A stretch of 64,000 nt of DNA from Veleropilina oligotropha (GCA_048128005.1 JBEUKZ010000070.1:124001-188000), one strand, 5' to 3'; shown: positions 1-12,910, counted from the first letter of the stretch. Numbers and translations: made by a program. Notes: generated by a model from the letters alone, not told the origin.

Positions 1-269
1 CCTTGTGTGGCTGCCTGCTGGTATCCTTGTCACATGTATTTCTATCTCCTTGTGTGGCTGCCTGCTGGTATCCTCGTCACATGTATTTCCATCTCCTTGT
101 GTGGCTGCCTGCTGGTATCCTCGTCACATGTATTTCTATCTCCTTGTGTGGCTGCCTGCTGGTATCCTCGTCACATGTATTTCTATCTCCTTGTGTGGCT
201 GCCTGCTGGTATCCTCGTCACATGTATTTCTATCTCGTGTGGCTGCCTGCTGGTATCCTCGTCACAAGT
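1..269. repeat. 47-bp tandem satellite, left part (truncated by window edge)
   Basis: Unit ccttgtgtggctgcctgctggtatcctcgtcacatgtatttctatct repeated about 5.5 times up to the DIRS insertion point. Confidence 0.97.
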
Positions 270-286
270 ATATGTAGTTACAAACT

Positions 287-487
287 TACTTACGTCCTTA
301 CTCTTGCCATAATAGTCATATTATCGCTAACCGGAAACAGTGAATAAAGTCACATTTATGCACTAATTAAGTCAAAATATACCACGATCACCTCCCCTGC
401 TTCCCCTCTCTAAGTTCCTCCAGCGAGATCTCGCCAAGTCTCGCGAGACATCCGGGCTATCAAGTCACCAGACATCAATTCAAAGTT
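287..487 (+). repeat. DIRS left inverted terminal repeat
   Basis: Reverse complement of 7389-7589, with one mismatch seen by eye. Confidence 0.95.
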
Positions 488-3106
488 TTCCGCCGAGACG
501 GAAAGACGTGTTTTTTGCTCCGCAAATATTTCGAAATGTCCGCCGGTTTATACGTTAAATCGAGGACGCTATAATTCTTATATATTAATATATAAGTTGT
601 GGAATATACCCTGTGTTGTGGATATCTAAAACACAAGTGAATATAGGAAGATTGTGATTCTAAAACTTCGAAGAAGTTCTGAAAATCAAGTGAAACCGAC
701 ATCGCCGCTGTTGCAGGAAAAGCATGGCCGCTCAGAGGGGAAGTTTCGTGTAATAAGAAGAAATTTCTGGTCGGTATTTTTATCTGATATTGTTTGAGAC
801 TGCAAACAGGTAACTCATTATATTGGATAATTCCTTAACGACGCTATTGCTGGTTATTATTGTATAAAAATTCTAGCGTCGTTAATAGGCAGGATCGTTT
901 AGACATCACGCTTGCGTTTTTCTGTTATCCTGCCGTTTCTGGGATAATACACAATTGTACTAACATAAAAACATCCACGAGGTTTTCAGGTGTTTTTCTG
1001 GGCGGTTTTTTCTAAGAGAGAACCCCCGTTTGTTCTAGTCAATTTGCCTGGTTTTTTACCGGGTCGTGTCGGGTAAATACCCGGCCTCGGTGTCCCCAGC
1101 TCGGGGTTTTTTGCGGTATATCGTCTGATCTTTGATCTTCAGATCAGGGCAATTTTTAAGAGTTGTCGTAGTAAATAGTCACAACTACCAAATATATACT
1201 TTTAACTACCCCGTTCCGCCCACTACTACCCTCCCGTGTATTCAGGGAGAGGGAAGTATGGTCCGGTGCAACTCCGGGTGTAACCCGTAGTTTCACGGAT
1301 TTCTAGTCGCACGGAATGCCGTGTTCACCGTAACTGACAGTAAGTCTTATATATGTGAACTGTGCCTAGATTTAACAGCAGGCAGTGGGCGAGCATATAT
1401 CCACCGATGAAGCCGACCAGTGCGGTTACCACGGTGGGTTCTCCCCCGAGAAGGGACAAAATGGTAGGTTAAAGGGAATTAACGTTTTTTTTGTCTACTT
1501 CAGGGACGCTGGACGACAGTCGACCATAAAAGGAATACCGTCTGTCGACGGATCTACCGGCGTAACCTCCGCGACTCATGGGGGAGTCGCCGTAACCTTG
1601 CCGGGACCCTAGATTCAGGTAGGAGCCCGAGTGCTGTTCGATCCTCCTAAAACGGGCCTAGTAACTGCAGCCAACCATACCTTGCCGGCTAGCAAGGTAT
1701 ATCTGGCAACGCAGCGAACCGCTGAACAGGGCAGACAATCCCCATCCTTTTCTTCGGCCTCGAAGAATAAGGGGACAGTTAGTCCTTCTGCGGGAAACTC
1801 TCCGTCTTGCGACGGGGACAGACTCAATGCAGAGAAAGCCTTTAAAGAGGCCGGGCACCTACTTGTAGGTCTAAGACTCGGACAATCGGCGACACCTGAA
1901 TCCTCGTTCGAGACTGACGCGACTACCCCTAAGGGTTTTCCGCTCAACCTCGATGCTCACGAGCTTTTCAGAGGGCCCGTTCTCTCCCGTGCACCCACGA
2001 TGGTCACGCTAGAGAACGTGGACAGACCGGCTGCGTTCGGGACGGGGTTCTACGGCGGTTTTCCGACCGTGCCTCTCTCGAACAGAGTGGTAGACCGATA
2101 CGGACTGTTGCCGCAGTCCTACCGGTCGTCCGGCCCACCGAACCTGCCTTCGGGCCGTTCTTTCGGGTTCGACCACTCGACACGTGTCCCGAGACCCTAA
2201 AACAAGGGTTCTCGGCTACACCTGTCCATGCAGCCCGTCTACCTAGCGCCACGGTGTATTCGACCGAACTACCGGCTGTTAGTTCGACGCCCGTCATGCC
2301 TCCGTGTTTCTCTTTAGAGAACGTCCAGGCTATGTTCGCGGCGGAGTTCGAGTCCCGATGTCGGGCCTGGCAACCGGCTTCCTAGCCGCTCCAGGTACCT
2401 ACACCTCTGCCTGTGGCGCAGAGCACGGCTCCTGCCTCCGTGGTGGGGATCGAACCTCGTTCCGACGAGGACCTCGACTCCACTCACTCCGACCTCCCTG
2501 TATCGGTCGGGCCCGAAGACGCTGGTAGTCTTCCAGGCACGCAGGAGCCGACCTCCACCACCCGCCGAACTCGACGCTGTTGCGTCACTTCGCGGGGTGC
2601 TTGACCTGCCGGAACCGACTCGGTCGTATGTAGGCCCGGTCAAGCACAGGACGGCGGCGCATCGGTTTGTTGAGAAGGAAGCCCCCTTGCTTCCTTCCTT
2701 ACCTCAGTCTGGGCTGGTTGATCGGGTGTTGACTCGACAACCAAGCTCAGTCGGGGGCGCAATCCGGTGGAGTCCTCCCCACTGACCGAGTACCCTTCGG
2801 GGTTCCGTAGTGGGAGGTACCTCCGGGCCAGTTCGCGTTCGATCCCGTTCGCATGTACTGGTCCGTGCCTGGCGACTGAGCCGGCTCGTGTTGACGCAGC
2901 GTTGCGTTGACTGACCGCCAGTCACACTCCCTCTGTAGCGAGAGTTCCTGGGTTCGCCTTGGAAGCTTTCGAGAGCTCCGCCCGATGGGCTCTGCGGCTA
3001 TCGTCCGTTCAGGATTTTTCCTAGACGGGGCGATAGCCGTATTACAGGAGGATGGACCCGGCGCCCGTGGGCTGCCCTGTCCTTCCTCCAGGAGGTTGCT
3101 GCCGTT

Positions 3107-3664
3107 ATGGAGACCAACGCGTTGGAGACGGGACGTGTCCTGGGTAACGCACTCCTACTTCGTAGGGTCGCTTACCTTGAAGGCACCTCGCTAGATGAGG
3201 CCACCCGGCGCTCGTTGCGATGCGTGCCTTGCTCGGCCACCACTCTTTTTGGCGACAACTTTACGGAGTTCGTCGACAAGAGAGCGGCGGACATGAAGGA
3301 CCGTGCCATCGAGAAGGCGGTACTGCACCCTACCCGGGGTCCACCTGCCGACTCGAGGAAGCGCTCAGGGCCCACCCGGACCCCGAAGCCTTCCAAGCGT
3401 GCGAAGCCCTCTTCGGGTGGTAGGCCCCCGGCCATTAACCCACTCCGAGGAGGCAAGCACCTCCAACAAGCTCCCGTCAGAGCGGGAGAGGGAAGCCTCG
3501 GCCCTAGGGCTGCCGGCACACACGACAGTCCCAGCTGCCCGCTTCCGCCGGTGGAAGCGTATCTGTTAGCGTACAGCCAGCCGTGGCTAGACTACCAGAC
3601 AGTAGCTGGGTCCCTCCGTCGTGAGTGCCGGATACAAGTTGGTTCAACCGGCATCCGACCCTAA
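3107..3664 (+). pseudogene. DIRS gag-like ORF1, C-terminal remnant
   Basis: Lies directly upstream of RT. The segment GNALLLRRVAYL...LRCVP...LFG followed by a basic tail resembles DIRS gag C-termini. The upstream part (~1300-3100) is broken into short frames. Confidence 0.5.
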
Positions 3665-5028
3665 ACGAGGCACCACCACCAAGACACGCTCGCCTCCTAA
3701 ACGGAGAGAAACAAGCGGTCTTAGACCAGGCAGTGCGGGATTTGCTCCTAAAAAGAGCGATATATCCCGCGCCGCCCAGCACACCAGGATTTTACAGCCA
3801 TTTCTTCCTGGTCCCGAAACCCGATGGCCGCTGGAGACCTATCCTCGATCTCTCATATCTCAACCGATATCTTCGTACCGAGAAATTCCAGCAAGAAACC
3901 CTCTCGAAGATTCGAGCGGCCATCCGTCCGGGCGACTGGGCAGCGTCTATCGATCTGACCGACGCGTATCTGCATGTCCCGATGCATGTCACGGCTCATC
4001 AGTACCTTCGGTTTATACACGGGGCGACGATCTACCCCTTCAGGTGCCTACCGTTCGGTCTATCGTCAGCCCCTTACGTCTTCACGAGAACAGTACAGGC
4101 CCTAGGGGCCTTCCTACACTCTCTAGGGCACAGGGTACATATGTACCTCGACGACTGGCTGATCCTCGGGGCGTCCCGGGATCTGTGCCTCCGGTCTACG
4201 AGCTTTACCCTGTCATCGACGAAGCGCCTGGGATTTCAGATCAACGAGACGAAATCCTGCTTCGTGCCCTCGACGACGTTTACGTTCCTCGGAGTCGACT
4301 TCGATACGGTCCGGTACACCGCGAAGCCGACCCAGAAGCGTATGCGGAACCTACGCGCGGTTATCCAAGACACCCTGTCATCGGACGTAACTACAGCGCG
4401 ACAACTGGCCACTGCCCTAGGGCACATCGAGTCGGTAGCGACCCTGCTACCGACGGGTCGCATGGACAAACGACCGTTGCAGCAGGCGTTCAGGGATCGC
4501 TGGATACAACGGACGGGGCAGTGGACGGATCGCATCGATCTACGGCATTGGTTTACCAGCACAACAGCAGTGTGGTTGAACCCTGCTTTGCCGGACCAGT
4601 CGGTTCCTATATCCCCGCCAGAGCCGAACGCTTACCTGTTCACAGACGCTTCGAACGACGGCTGGGGTGGTCACCTCGACAGTTACGAGACATCAGGCCT
4701 ATGGCCGGCGGACCTTCAGGGACGACATATCAACTTCCTAGAGTTAGAAGCCGTTTACCTGTCAGTACGGTCCCTCTCGTCACATCTCCGCAACAAGCAT
4801 ATATTGCTCGCCACGGACAACACGACTGTCGTCGCTTACATCCAGCACCAGGGCGGCACTCGCTCGCGTCCCCTTTGCGACCGAGCAATAGACCTCCACC
4901 GCCTAGTGATGTCCCTCAACTCGACGATTCGAGCCCGACACATCCCGGGAAAGCTGAATGTCAGAGCGGATTCGCTCTCTCGGAAATCACAGATACACAC
5001 ACAGAGTGGACGCTACACAGCCGAGTAG
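3625..5028 (+). CDS. DIRS reverse transcriptase / RNase H
   Basis: RT motifs FYSHFFLVPKPDGRWRPILDL, SIDLTDAYLHVP, LPFGLSSAP and YLDDWL. RNase H motifs FTDAS, HINFLEL, TDNTTVVAYI and NVRADSLSR. True start uncertain. Confidence 0.93.
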   Translation: MPDTSWFNRHPTLNEAPPPRHARLLNGEKQAVLDQAVRDLLLKRAIYPAPPSTPGFYSHFFLVPKPDGRWRPILDLSYLNRYLRTEKFQQETLSKIRAAIRPGDWAASIDLTDAYLHVPMHVTAHQYLRFIHGATIYPFRCLPFGLSSAPYVFTRTVQALGAFLHSLGHRVHMYLDDWLILGASRDLCLRSTSFTLSSTKRLGFQINETKSCFVPSTTFTFLGVDFDTVRYTAKPTQKRMRNLRAVIQDTLSSDVTTARQLATALGHIESVATLLPTGRMDKRPLQQAFRDRWIQRTGQWTDRIDLRHWFTSTTAVWLNPALPDQSVPISPPEPNAYLFTDASNDGWGGHLDSYETSGLWPADLQGRHINFLELEAVYLSVRSLSSHLRNKHILLATDNTTVVAYIQHQGGTRSRPLCDRAIDLHRLVMSLNSTIRARHIPGKLNVRADSLSRKSQIHTQSGRYTAE

Positions 5029-5420
5029 CTCGGGATGTTTGCCGCCGGTGGTCGCAACCCCAAGTCGATCTGTTTGCAACAGAATTCAATTACCGACTAC
5101 CTCTGTATGTCTCCCCGTACCCGGACCCGGCCGCCTTAGCGGTCGCCGCACTGTCAATGACATGGGAGAATCTGTCCGCGTATGCCTTCCCCCCGTCGTG
5201 CATTCTAACACTGGTATTACAGAAGGCATCGAACGAACGTTGCTGATAACGCTAATCGCGCCCCTATATCGCACGCAACCTTGGTTTCCGACCCTCCTCG
5301 ATCTGATCGTCGACCGACCGTTATCGCTCCCGCAGAGACCGGGCCGGTTAATGCAGGCGCGCAGCCGTGTATTACAACATCGCCGAACGACTTATGTTTA
5401 CACGCCTGGCGGTTATCGAA
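5000..5420 (+). pseudogene. DIRS methyltransferase-like domain, frameshifted
   Basis: VDLFAT and AYAFPP in the frame of ORF 3621-5246, then LIAPLYRTQPWFPTL in another frame. This domain typically follows RNase H in DIRS1 elements. Confidence 0.75.
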
Positions 5421-6350
5421 CGATCCCTTGCTAAGAAAAGAATTTCTCGCACAACAGCCCTACGCATGTATCGATCGAGAAGGCTTCCACGACTAAAGTT
5501 TATGACTACCGATGGGTTAAGTACGTGGATTGGTGTCACAGTCGGCAGGTCAATATACTCCGCCCCCTGTGAACAAGTTTATTGAGTTTTTATCGTCGCT
5601 CTTTGAACGCGGTATGTCAGTGTCCGCCGTCAAAGCTATCGGGCAACGGTCGCGAGTGCCGTGCCCGTGGTAGCCTACCTAGCGACCGAACTATTTGGAT
5701 TTCTGCGATCCTTCGAACTCAAAATTTCGACCCGTACGATTCGGCCAGCCTGAAACATCGCTCTCATTTCTTAACGCTCTCTTTCTACCCGACTAGCCTA
5801 TGGGCCCGTCCTCTATGAGGAACTTAACGCACAAAACAGGTTTTTCTGATCGCCTTAGCGTCGGGCAGGCGTTGTTCCGTATTTCATAATCTAGGCAGAG
5901 CTACGAGACGTTCGTTTCCAGTCGACGGGTCGGTGATGCGGCGTCATATCTTTGGTTTCCTCGCCAAGAATCAACGGCCGATCGACGACGCAACCGATAT
6001 CGTTATCCCCTAGCGCTGGTCAGAGACCCGATGTGGACCGATGAATCTGTCATATGCGTGCCTACGTTACTACCTCGACAGGATCCGTGCTGCGCGGCAG
6101 AGAAAACTACGTATATTTTATTCGTATTTACCTTCTTGTATCCGCGACATAGACGACTGTTTCGCGGAGGTTTTCACAGGTAGTGAGAGACTTCTCTCGC
6201 TGTGAAAAGTAGGCCGCACGCACTGTTGTATCGTTCCGCGCACACGAGGTCCGTGTTTTCGCAGATTCACTTCTCAGCGTTGCCTCTCGAAAATGTCTTT
6301 ATTAAGCCTTTTCTGGGGATTATTCCATGCGGCTGATGGATTGTGCAGTC
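5420..6350 (+). pseudogene. DIRS tyrosine recombinase, degenerate
   Basis: FLIALASGRRCS (box I Arg, ~5843-5880), GFLAKNQ (~5954) and FRAHEVR (HxxR, ~6234-6254), with many frameshifts and stops. Confidence 0.75.
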
Positions 6351-7240
6351 TCCCTAGTAACTGCTCAACGATGTATTGTTAGACCGAGGTCGTCTAATCA
6401 GTGAGTATTATTTGTTGATTGATCAATTTACATAATTCATGCTGACGCATTGTTATTTGTTGGCCTCGTTGTTCTATGAAATAGACACATTATGAGGCGA
6501 TTCAATGTCTGTTCATTTCTTAAAAACATTTTAAGATCTTGATACTTTCATGTCATACCTGAGTATATTGACAAGCCAGATTACATTGAATTAATAAACA
6601 ATCATATTGCGAAAATCTTATTTGATTTGAGGTTCAATATTATTGATGTTCTATGCTGTATAGAACATACGATGTTCAAGACATTGGAAAAAATTTAATA
6701 TTTGCTTCCTTAAATTTTATTTTAAGTAACATGTCGTACATATTTGCTTCCTTAAAAAATTTATTTTAAGTGACATGTCGTACATGTTAGCGTTTCGCAA
6801 GTTGGTCATGCGAATCAATTATTAATATCGATTATTTATTTAATCTATTAATTCTTTGCTTTGATTTCACGCTTTCACAACCTATTAGGTTCCGTGTGCT
6901 TACAAATCCGACTGCATCCTCTGGCTACCGGCCTTTGGCCAGGAGTACCATTTGGCTGCCACTGGTCCATGACACGTAAGACCTACAGGGATTCATCCTT
7001 CCGGCCGTGCCTGGGGCTGATTGCACTTCCGTTCACCTCGTCCGTCTAACACCACGGCGTATTCTCCCGGTAACACTGGTCAAAATTCTCGCTTGGTAAG
7101 AGTTGAATATAATTCTCAGTAAATTCCACTCTGGGCGGACACAATCGACGCTTCGAGCTGATTGACATGGTGAAAAGTAAGTCATTATCTTGTTTGGGTT
7201 TGCTGTAAGGAACTTCTTACCCACCTATCCAAGGTTATTC

Positions 7241-7330
7241 TGGCAAGAGTAAGGACGTAAGTAAGTTTGTAACTACATATGAGGTTTTAAGGTAAACCTA
7301 ATATTAGTTAAAACATACTTACGTCCTTAC
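7241..7330 (-). repeat. DIRS internal complementary region (ICR)
   Basis: 7241-7280 is the reverse complement of the left end (270-309), and 7279-7330 is the reverse complement of the right end (7575-7626). Confidence 0.95.
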
Positions 7331-7388
7331 CACGATTACCCACCCTGCTTCGCATTCCTCCCCTCTGCTAAGTTCCTTTGGGGTTCTG

Positions 7389-7589
7389 AACTTTGAATTG
7401 ATGTCTGGTGACTTGATAGCCCGGATGTCTCGCGAGACTTGGCGAGATCTCGCTGGAGGAACTTAGAGAGGGGAAGCAGGGGAGGTGATCGTGGTATATT
7501 TTGACTTAATTAGTGCATAAATGTGACTTTATTCACTGTTTCCGGTTAGCGATAATATGACTATTATGCCAAGAGTAAGGACGTAAGTA
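7389..7589 (-). repeat. DIRS right inverted terminal repeat (followed by right extension 7590-7626)
   Basis: Reverse complement of 287-487. Confidence 0.95.
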
Positions 7590-7626
7590 TGTTTTAACTA
7601 ATATTAGGTTTACCTTAAAACCTCAT

Positions 7627-10429
7627 TTCTATCTCCTTGTGTGGCTGCCTGCTGGTATCGTCGTCACATGTATTTCTATCTCCTTGTGTGGCTGCCTGCT
7701 GGTATCCTCGTCACATGTATTTCTATCTCCTTGTGTGGCTGCCTGCTGGTATCCTCGTCACATGTATTTCTATCTCCTTGTGTGGCTGCCTGCTGGTATC
7801 CTTGTCACATGTATTTCTATCTCCTTGTGTGGCTGCCTGCTGGTATCCTGGTCACATGTATTTCTATCTCATTGTGTGGCTGCCTGCTGGTATCCTCGTC
7901 ACATGTATTTCTATCTCCTTGTGTGGCTGCCTGCTGGTATCCTCGTCACATGTATTTCTATCTCCTTGTGTGGCTGCCTGCTGGTATCCTCGTCACATGT
8001 ATTTCTATCTCCTTGTGTGGCTGCCTGCTGGTATCCTCGTCACATGTATTTCTATCTCCTTGTGTGGCTGCCTGCTGGTATCGTCGTCACATGTATTTCT
8101 ATCTCCTTGTGTGGCTGCCTGCTGGTATCCTCGTCACATGTATTTCTATCTCCTTGTGTGGCTGCCTGCTGGTATCCTCGTCACATGTATTTCTATCTCC
8201 TTGTGTGGCTGCCTGCTGGTATCCTCGTCACATGTATTTCTATCTCCTTGTGTGGCTGCCTGCTGGTATCGTCGTCACATGTATTTCTATCTCCTAGTGT
8301 GGCTGCCTGCTGGTATCGTCGTCACATGTATTTCTATCTCCTTGTGTGGCTGCCTGCTGGTATCCTCGTCACATGTATTTCTATCTCCTTGTGTGGCTGC
8401 CTGCTGGTATCCTCGTCACATGTATTTCTATCTCCTTGTGTGGCTGCCTGCTTGTATCCTCATCACATGTATTTCTATCTCCTTGTGTGGCTGCCTGCTG
8501 GTATCCTCGTCACATGTATTTCTATCTCCTTGTGTGGCTGCCTGCTGGTATCGTCATCACATGTATTTCTATCTCCTTGTGTGGCTGCCTGCTGGTATCG
8601 TCGTCACATGTATTTCTATCTCCTTGTGTGGCTGCCTGCTGGTATCCTCGTCACATGTATTTTATCTCCTTGTGTGGCTGCCTGCTGGTATCGTCGTCAC
8701 ATGTATTTCTATCTCCTTGTGTGGCTGCCTGCTGGTATCGTCGTCACATGTATTTCTATCTCCTTGTGTGGCTGCCTGCTGGTATCCTCGTCACATGTAT
8801 TTCTATCTCCTTGTGTGGCTGCCTGCTGGTATCCTCGTCACATGTATTTCTATTTCCTTGTGTGGCTGCCTGCTGGTATCATCGTCACATGTATTTCTAT
8901 CTCCTTGTGTGGCTGCCTGCTGGTATCCTCGTCACATGTATTTCTATCTCCTTGTGTGGCTGCCTGCTGGTATCATCGTCACATGTATTTCTATCTCCTT
9001 GTGTGGCTGCCTGCTGGTATCCTCGTCACATGTATTTATATCTCCTTGTGTGGCTGCCTGCTGGTATCCTCGTCACATGTATTTCTATCTCCTTGTGTGG
9101 CTGCCTGCTGGTATCGTCATCACATGTATTTCTATCTCCTTGTGTGGCTGCCTGCTGGTATCCTCGTCACATGTATTTCTATCTCCTTGTGTGGCTGCCT
9201 GCTGGTATCCTCGTCACATGTATTTCTATCTCCTTGTGTGGCTGCCTGCTGGTATCGTCATCACATGTATTTCTATCTCCTTGTGTGGCTGCCTGCTGGT
9301 ATCGTCGTCACATGTATTTCTATCTCCTTGTGTGGCTGCCTGCTGGTATCCTCGTCACATGTATTTTATCTCCTTGTGTGGCTGCCTGCTGGTATCGTCG
9401 TCACATGTATTTCTATCTCCTTGTGTGGCTGCCTGCTGGTATCGTCGTCACATGTATTTCTATCTCCTTGTGTGGCTGCCTGCTGGTATCCTCGTCACAT
9501 GTATTTCTATCTCCTTGTGTGGCTGCCTGCTGGTATCCTCGTCACATGTATTTCTATTTCCTTGTGTGGCTGCCTGCTGGTATCATCGTCACATGTATTT
9601 CTATCTCCTTGTGTGGCTGCCTGCTGGTATCCTCGTCACATGTATTTCTATCTCCTTGTGTGGCTGCCTGCTGGTATCCTCGTCACATGTATTTCTATCT
9701 CCTTGTGTGGCTGCCTGCTGGTATCCTCGTCACATGTATTTATATCTCCTTGTGTGGCTGCCTGCTGGTATCCTCGTCACATGTATTTCTATCTCCTTGT
9801 GTGGCTGCCTGCTGGTATCGTCATCACATGTATTTCTATCTCCTTGTGTGGCTGCCTGCTGGTATCCTCGTCACATGTATTTCTATCTCCTTGTGTGGCT
9901 GCCTGCTGGTATCCTCGTCACATGTATTTCTATCTCCTTGTGTGGCTGCCTGCTGGTATCCTCGTCACATGTATTTCTATCTCCTTGTGTGGCTGCCTGC
10001 TGGTATCCTCGTCACATGTATTTCTATCTCCTTGTGTGGCTGCCTGCTGGTATCCTCGTCACATGTATTTCTATCTCCTTGTGTGGCTGCCTGCTGGTAT
10101 CGTCGTCACATGTATTTCTATCTCCTTGTGTGGCTGCCTGCTGGTATCCTCGTCACATGTATTTCTATCTCCTTGTGTGGCTGCCTGCTGGTATCCTCGT
10201 CACATGTATTTCTATCTCCTTGTGTGGCTGCCTGCTGGTATCCTCGTCACATGTATTTCTATCTCCTTGTGTGGCTGCCTGCTGGTATCCTCGTCACATG
10301 TATTTCTATCTCCTTGTGTGGCTGCCTGCTGGTATCCTCGTCACATGTATTTCTATCTCCTTGTGTGGCTGCCTGCTGGTATCCTCGTCACATGTATTTC
10401 TATCTCCTTGTGTGGCTGCCTGCTGGTAT
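7627..10429. repeat. 47-bp tandem satellite, ~60 copies
   Basis: Same unit as 1-269, highly homogeneous, resuming in phase after the DIRS element. Confidence 0.98.
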
Positions 10430-10842
10430 AATGGATAAAAGTGTGTTTCCCCATTAACGAGCTGACTGCTGTGATTCACAGAAATGAGTTTGAATCATTG
10501 CCTGGGTACTCGTAACTGGTTGTTGTGGGCGGGTTTTTCCAAGTGATCATACTTTCCACCCGAGATAATATGGACATGTCTGACCCAGTATGAACTTGTA
10601 GGTTGTTACAATGGGAAATTTTAAATTGAACAAAATTAAATGAATCCATTTTATCATGGGAGAAAAGGACGAAATATTGATTGAAACGTAACCACATTCA
10701 CTGGTTATGGACTAACGTGACTGATCACTCAGAAATGACTTTCTCCATGTGTTGAACCCACAATGCCAAAGCAGTGTCGCCAGGCGAGTTGATCGATGGC
10801 TGCATGCATACTCATGCTTAACTTAGTGAACACCTATATCCA

Positions 10843-11040
10843 TGCATTTTGACATCAGAGACATTTCTGTTTTAACACATATGGCTATGTTGGCGTGTGT
10901 CCGTTTTGACATCAGAGACATTTTTATTTTAAAACCTATGGCTATGTTAGCGCATATCCATTTCGACATCAGAGAGATTTCTGTTTTAACACCTATGGCT
11001 ATATTTGCGTCTGTCCATTTTGACATCGGAGAGATTTCTG
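10843..11040. repeat. ~57-bp degenerate minisatellite, ~3.5 copies
   Basis: Recurring tttgacatcagaga.atttctgttttaacac.tatggctat. Confidence 0.8.
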
Positions 11041-11174
11041 GAAGCACAGGCTAACCATACAATGAAATTCACATCTTTGGGCAATGGGTGCAATGCTGAA
11101 ATATTGCTATGAAAGATGATCGTTAAACATGCAGAGCTACAAACCCATCGACCTATTTTTATGGCTTTAAAGTC

Positions 11175-12910
11175 CAGTGGCCGGTTGCATGACCGGGACC
11201 TAGCTTATGCTGGCGTAAAGCCCCTAAGTCCAGACTACTAATGTCCGAAGTAGATATTTGTTGCTCAACCACTACTTACACCCGGGTGTAACTGGTCTGG
11301 ACGTACAGATCAATTAACTTCAATTAGACCACGCGCTGCATATGAGATTGGTTATAATGAGGTTCTATGAATACATTTGTGTCGGGTTTCCCATTGTGTG
11401 TCATGGTCTGTTGTTGTTCAGGACACAGTAAGCATGTTAGAAGCATGCAAGCAAAAATCTAACTTCCATGATATGGAAACGATTTAATATCCCTATTATT
11501 TACATAATTCTAATACTATTTAATAAAGCAACCAATAACATTAAAGGGGAAATATGTAATGGCCAGTATCGTGATATTAAATTTTATATGCCATATATGT
11601 GGAGGCTATAATATTATTTGGTCAGATTTGGAAAAATTAAAAAAGACGAGAATAAATGACAGACAGAATCTGATATCGTTATCACTGGTAGTTTGATCGG
11701 GATGCCAAAACATTATTACGGAATCCTAGATATGTTTGAAGCCTGGTTGGGGGTGAATCCCTCTCGATAAATCATTATCGTATATTATAGTAGGGACACC
11801 CATGGCACATAACAATCGTACTAAATTCACAATCAACACGATGGTGATGTGTCGTGATGAAAACAGTCACCATATGGAAGATATATTACTATAATTAATT
11901 ACTCACCCATACGCTAAAATAGAGTTAGAACTCATTTCTTGACTATGTTCGCTGTTTATGACTGCTAACGGAAGTGCAAGTTTGATGACGTCATGTCAGG
12001 GTTATATGAAAAAGTTGAATCGTTAAAAATTTTGAGTTGCGGAAAATAATGCTATACAGCACAATAAGTGGCTTAAATTACGAAAATTTTCGCACTAATC
12101 CGCAATCCGCATTTTTGATGTTGCAAAATTTTAAATTATAACCAAATGAATGAGATGGATCCTTTGACGGCGAAAAAACCAATTCAAAACGATCTATAAT
12201 TAGTATTAAAATATTTGACCTTCTAAAAAATTGGTAAAAAAATATATCTTTTATACAAAATCAAAGTATACAATATATTATACTGGGACCTCACGATAAT
12301 AAATATAAAGTAGTAAAATAACCTTACAAAATAAATTCACCCGCTCAAAGTCTTGTCCGATCGGAAGAGATATTAAATGTCCACTGCCGTAAATAGGTTT
12401 TACATCGTTTTATAGAGATTTTTCTGTACGAGAAATTCTACTTCCGCGATGTCCCCCGGATTAATTTTATTGAAGCAGAATGTGTGAGACTGTAATTGCC
12501 TCGGTATGGATAACCAGCTCGCTGAAATCATTTCACAGGTGAACGTTGCCAGGTAAAGGTGTCCCTAATTATAGGCCAAATATTTATAAATCATACAAGT
12601 TTGCATGTGAGGCCAAATTATATTTACACATATATGTATTGTCAATATTGAAGATAGTACTTATGTATAAGTACTATCCTAAATATTGTGTTTACTATGC
12701 CGACCATGCAAAATTATACGTCTATGTGAGCATTTACCAACTTGTGACCAAGTTACGTCTACCCCTTATCAGGACTAACTTTTTTAGCATATCTCAAGTC
12801 CGACGTAAGCTGCGACCAACATGTGCAACGGGCGTAAATACTTAAGCCCAACTAAAATGGTAGATACGTCCAGACTAAGGCTTACGCCTCGGTCATGCAA
12901 CCGGCCACTG
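11175..12910. mobile_element. Non-autonomous TIR DNA transposon (PIF/Harbinger-like ends)
   Basis: cagtggccggttgcatgaccg (11175-11195) is the exact reverse complement of 12890-12910. No coding capacity seen. Confidence 0.65.

Larger units (their letters stand above)
270..7626 (+). mobile_element. DIRS1-like tyrosine-recombinase retrotransposon, full length, partly decayed
   Basis: 201-bp inverted terminal repeats, an internal complementary region matching both termini, an RT/RNase H ORF, MT-like and YR remnants, and no TSD. Confidence 0.95.

Noticed and set aside
3621..5246. 541-aa ORF overlapping RT as a separate gene
   Set aside because: Mostly a shadow frame of GC-rich RT. Only its last ~80 aa match the frameshifted MT-like domain. 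DIRS elements can have overlapping ORFs, but no YR motifs are present in it.
7637..10457. 700-933 aa Cys/hydrophobic ORFs in all three frames (also 3-347)
   Set aside because: Artefacts of a stop-free 47-bp satellite: the same peptide cycles through the frames.
10430..10800. Possible host exon adjoining the 47-bp satellite, which would make it a third splice-anchored array
   Set aside because: No convincing open frame or canonical GT donor at the array edge could be established by eye.
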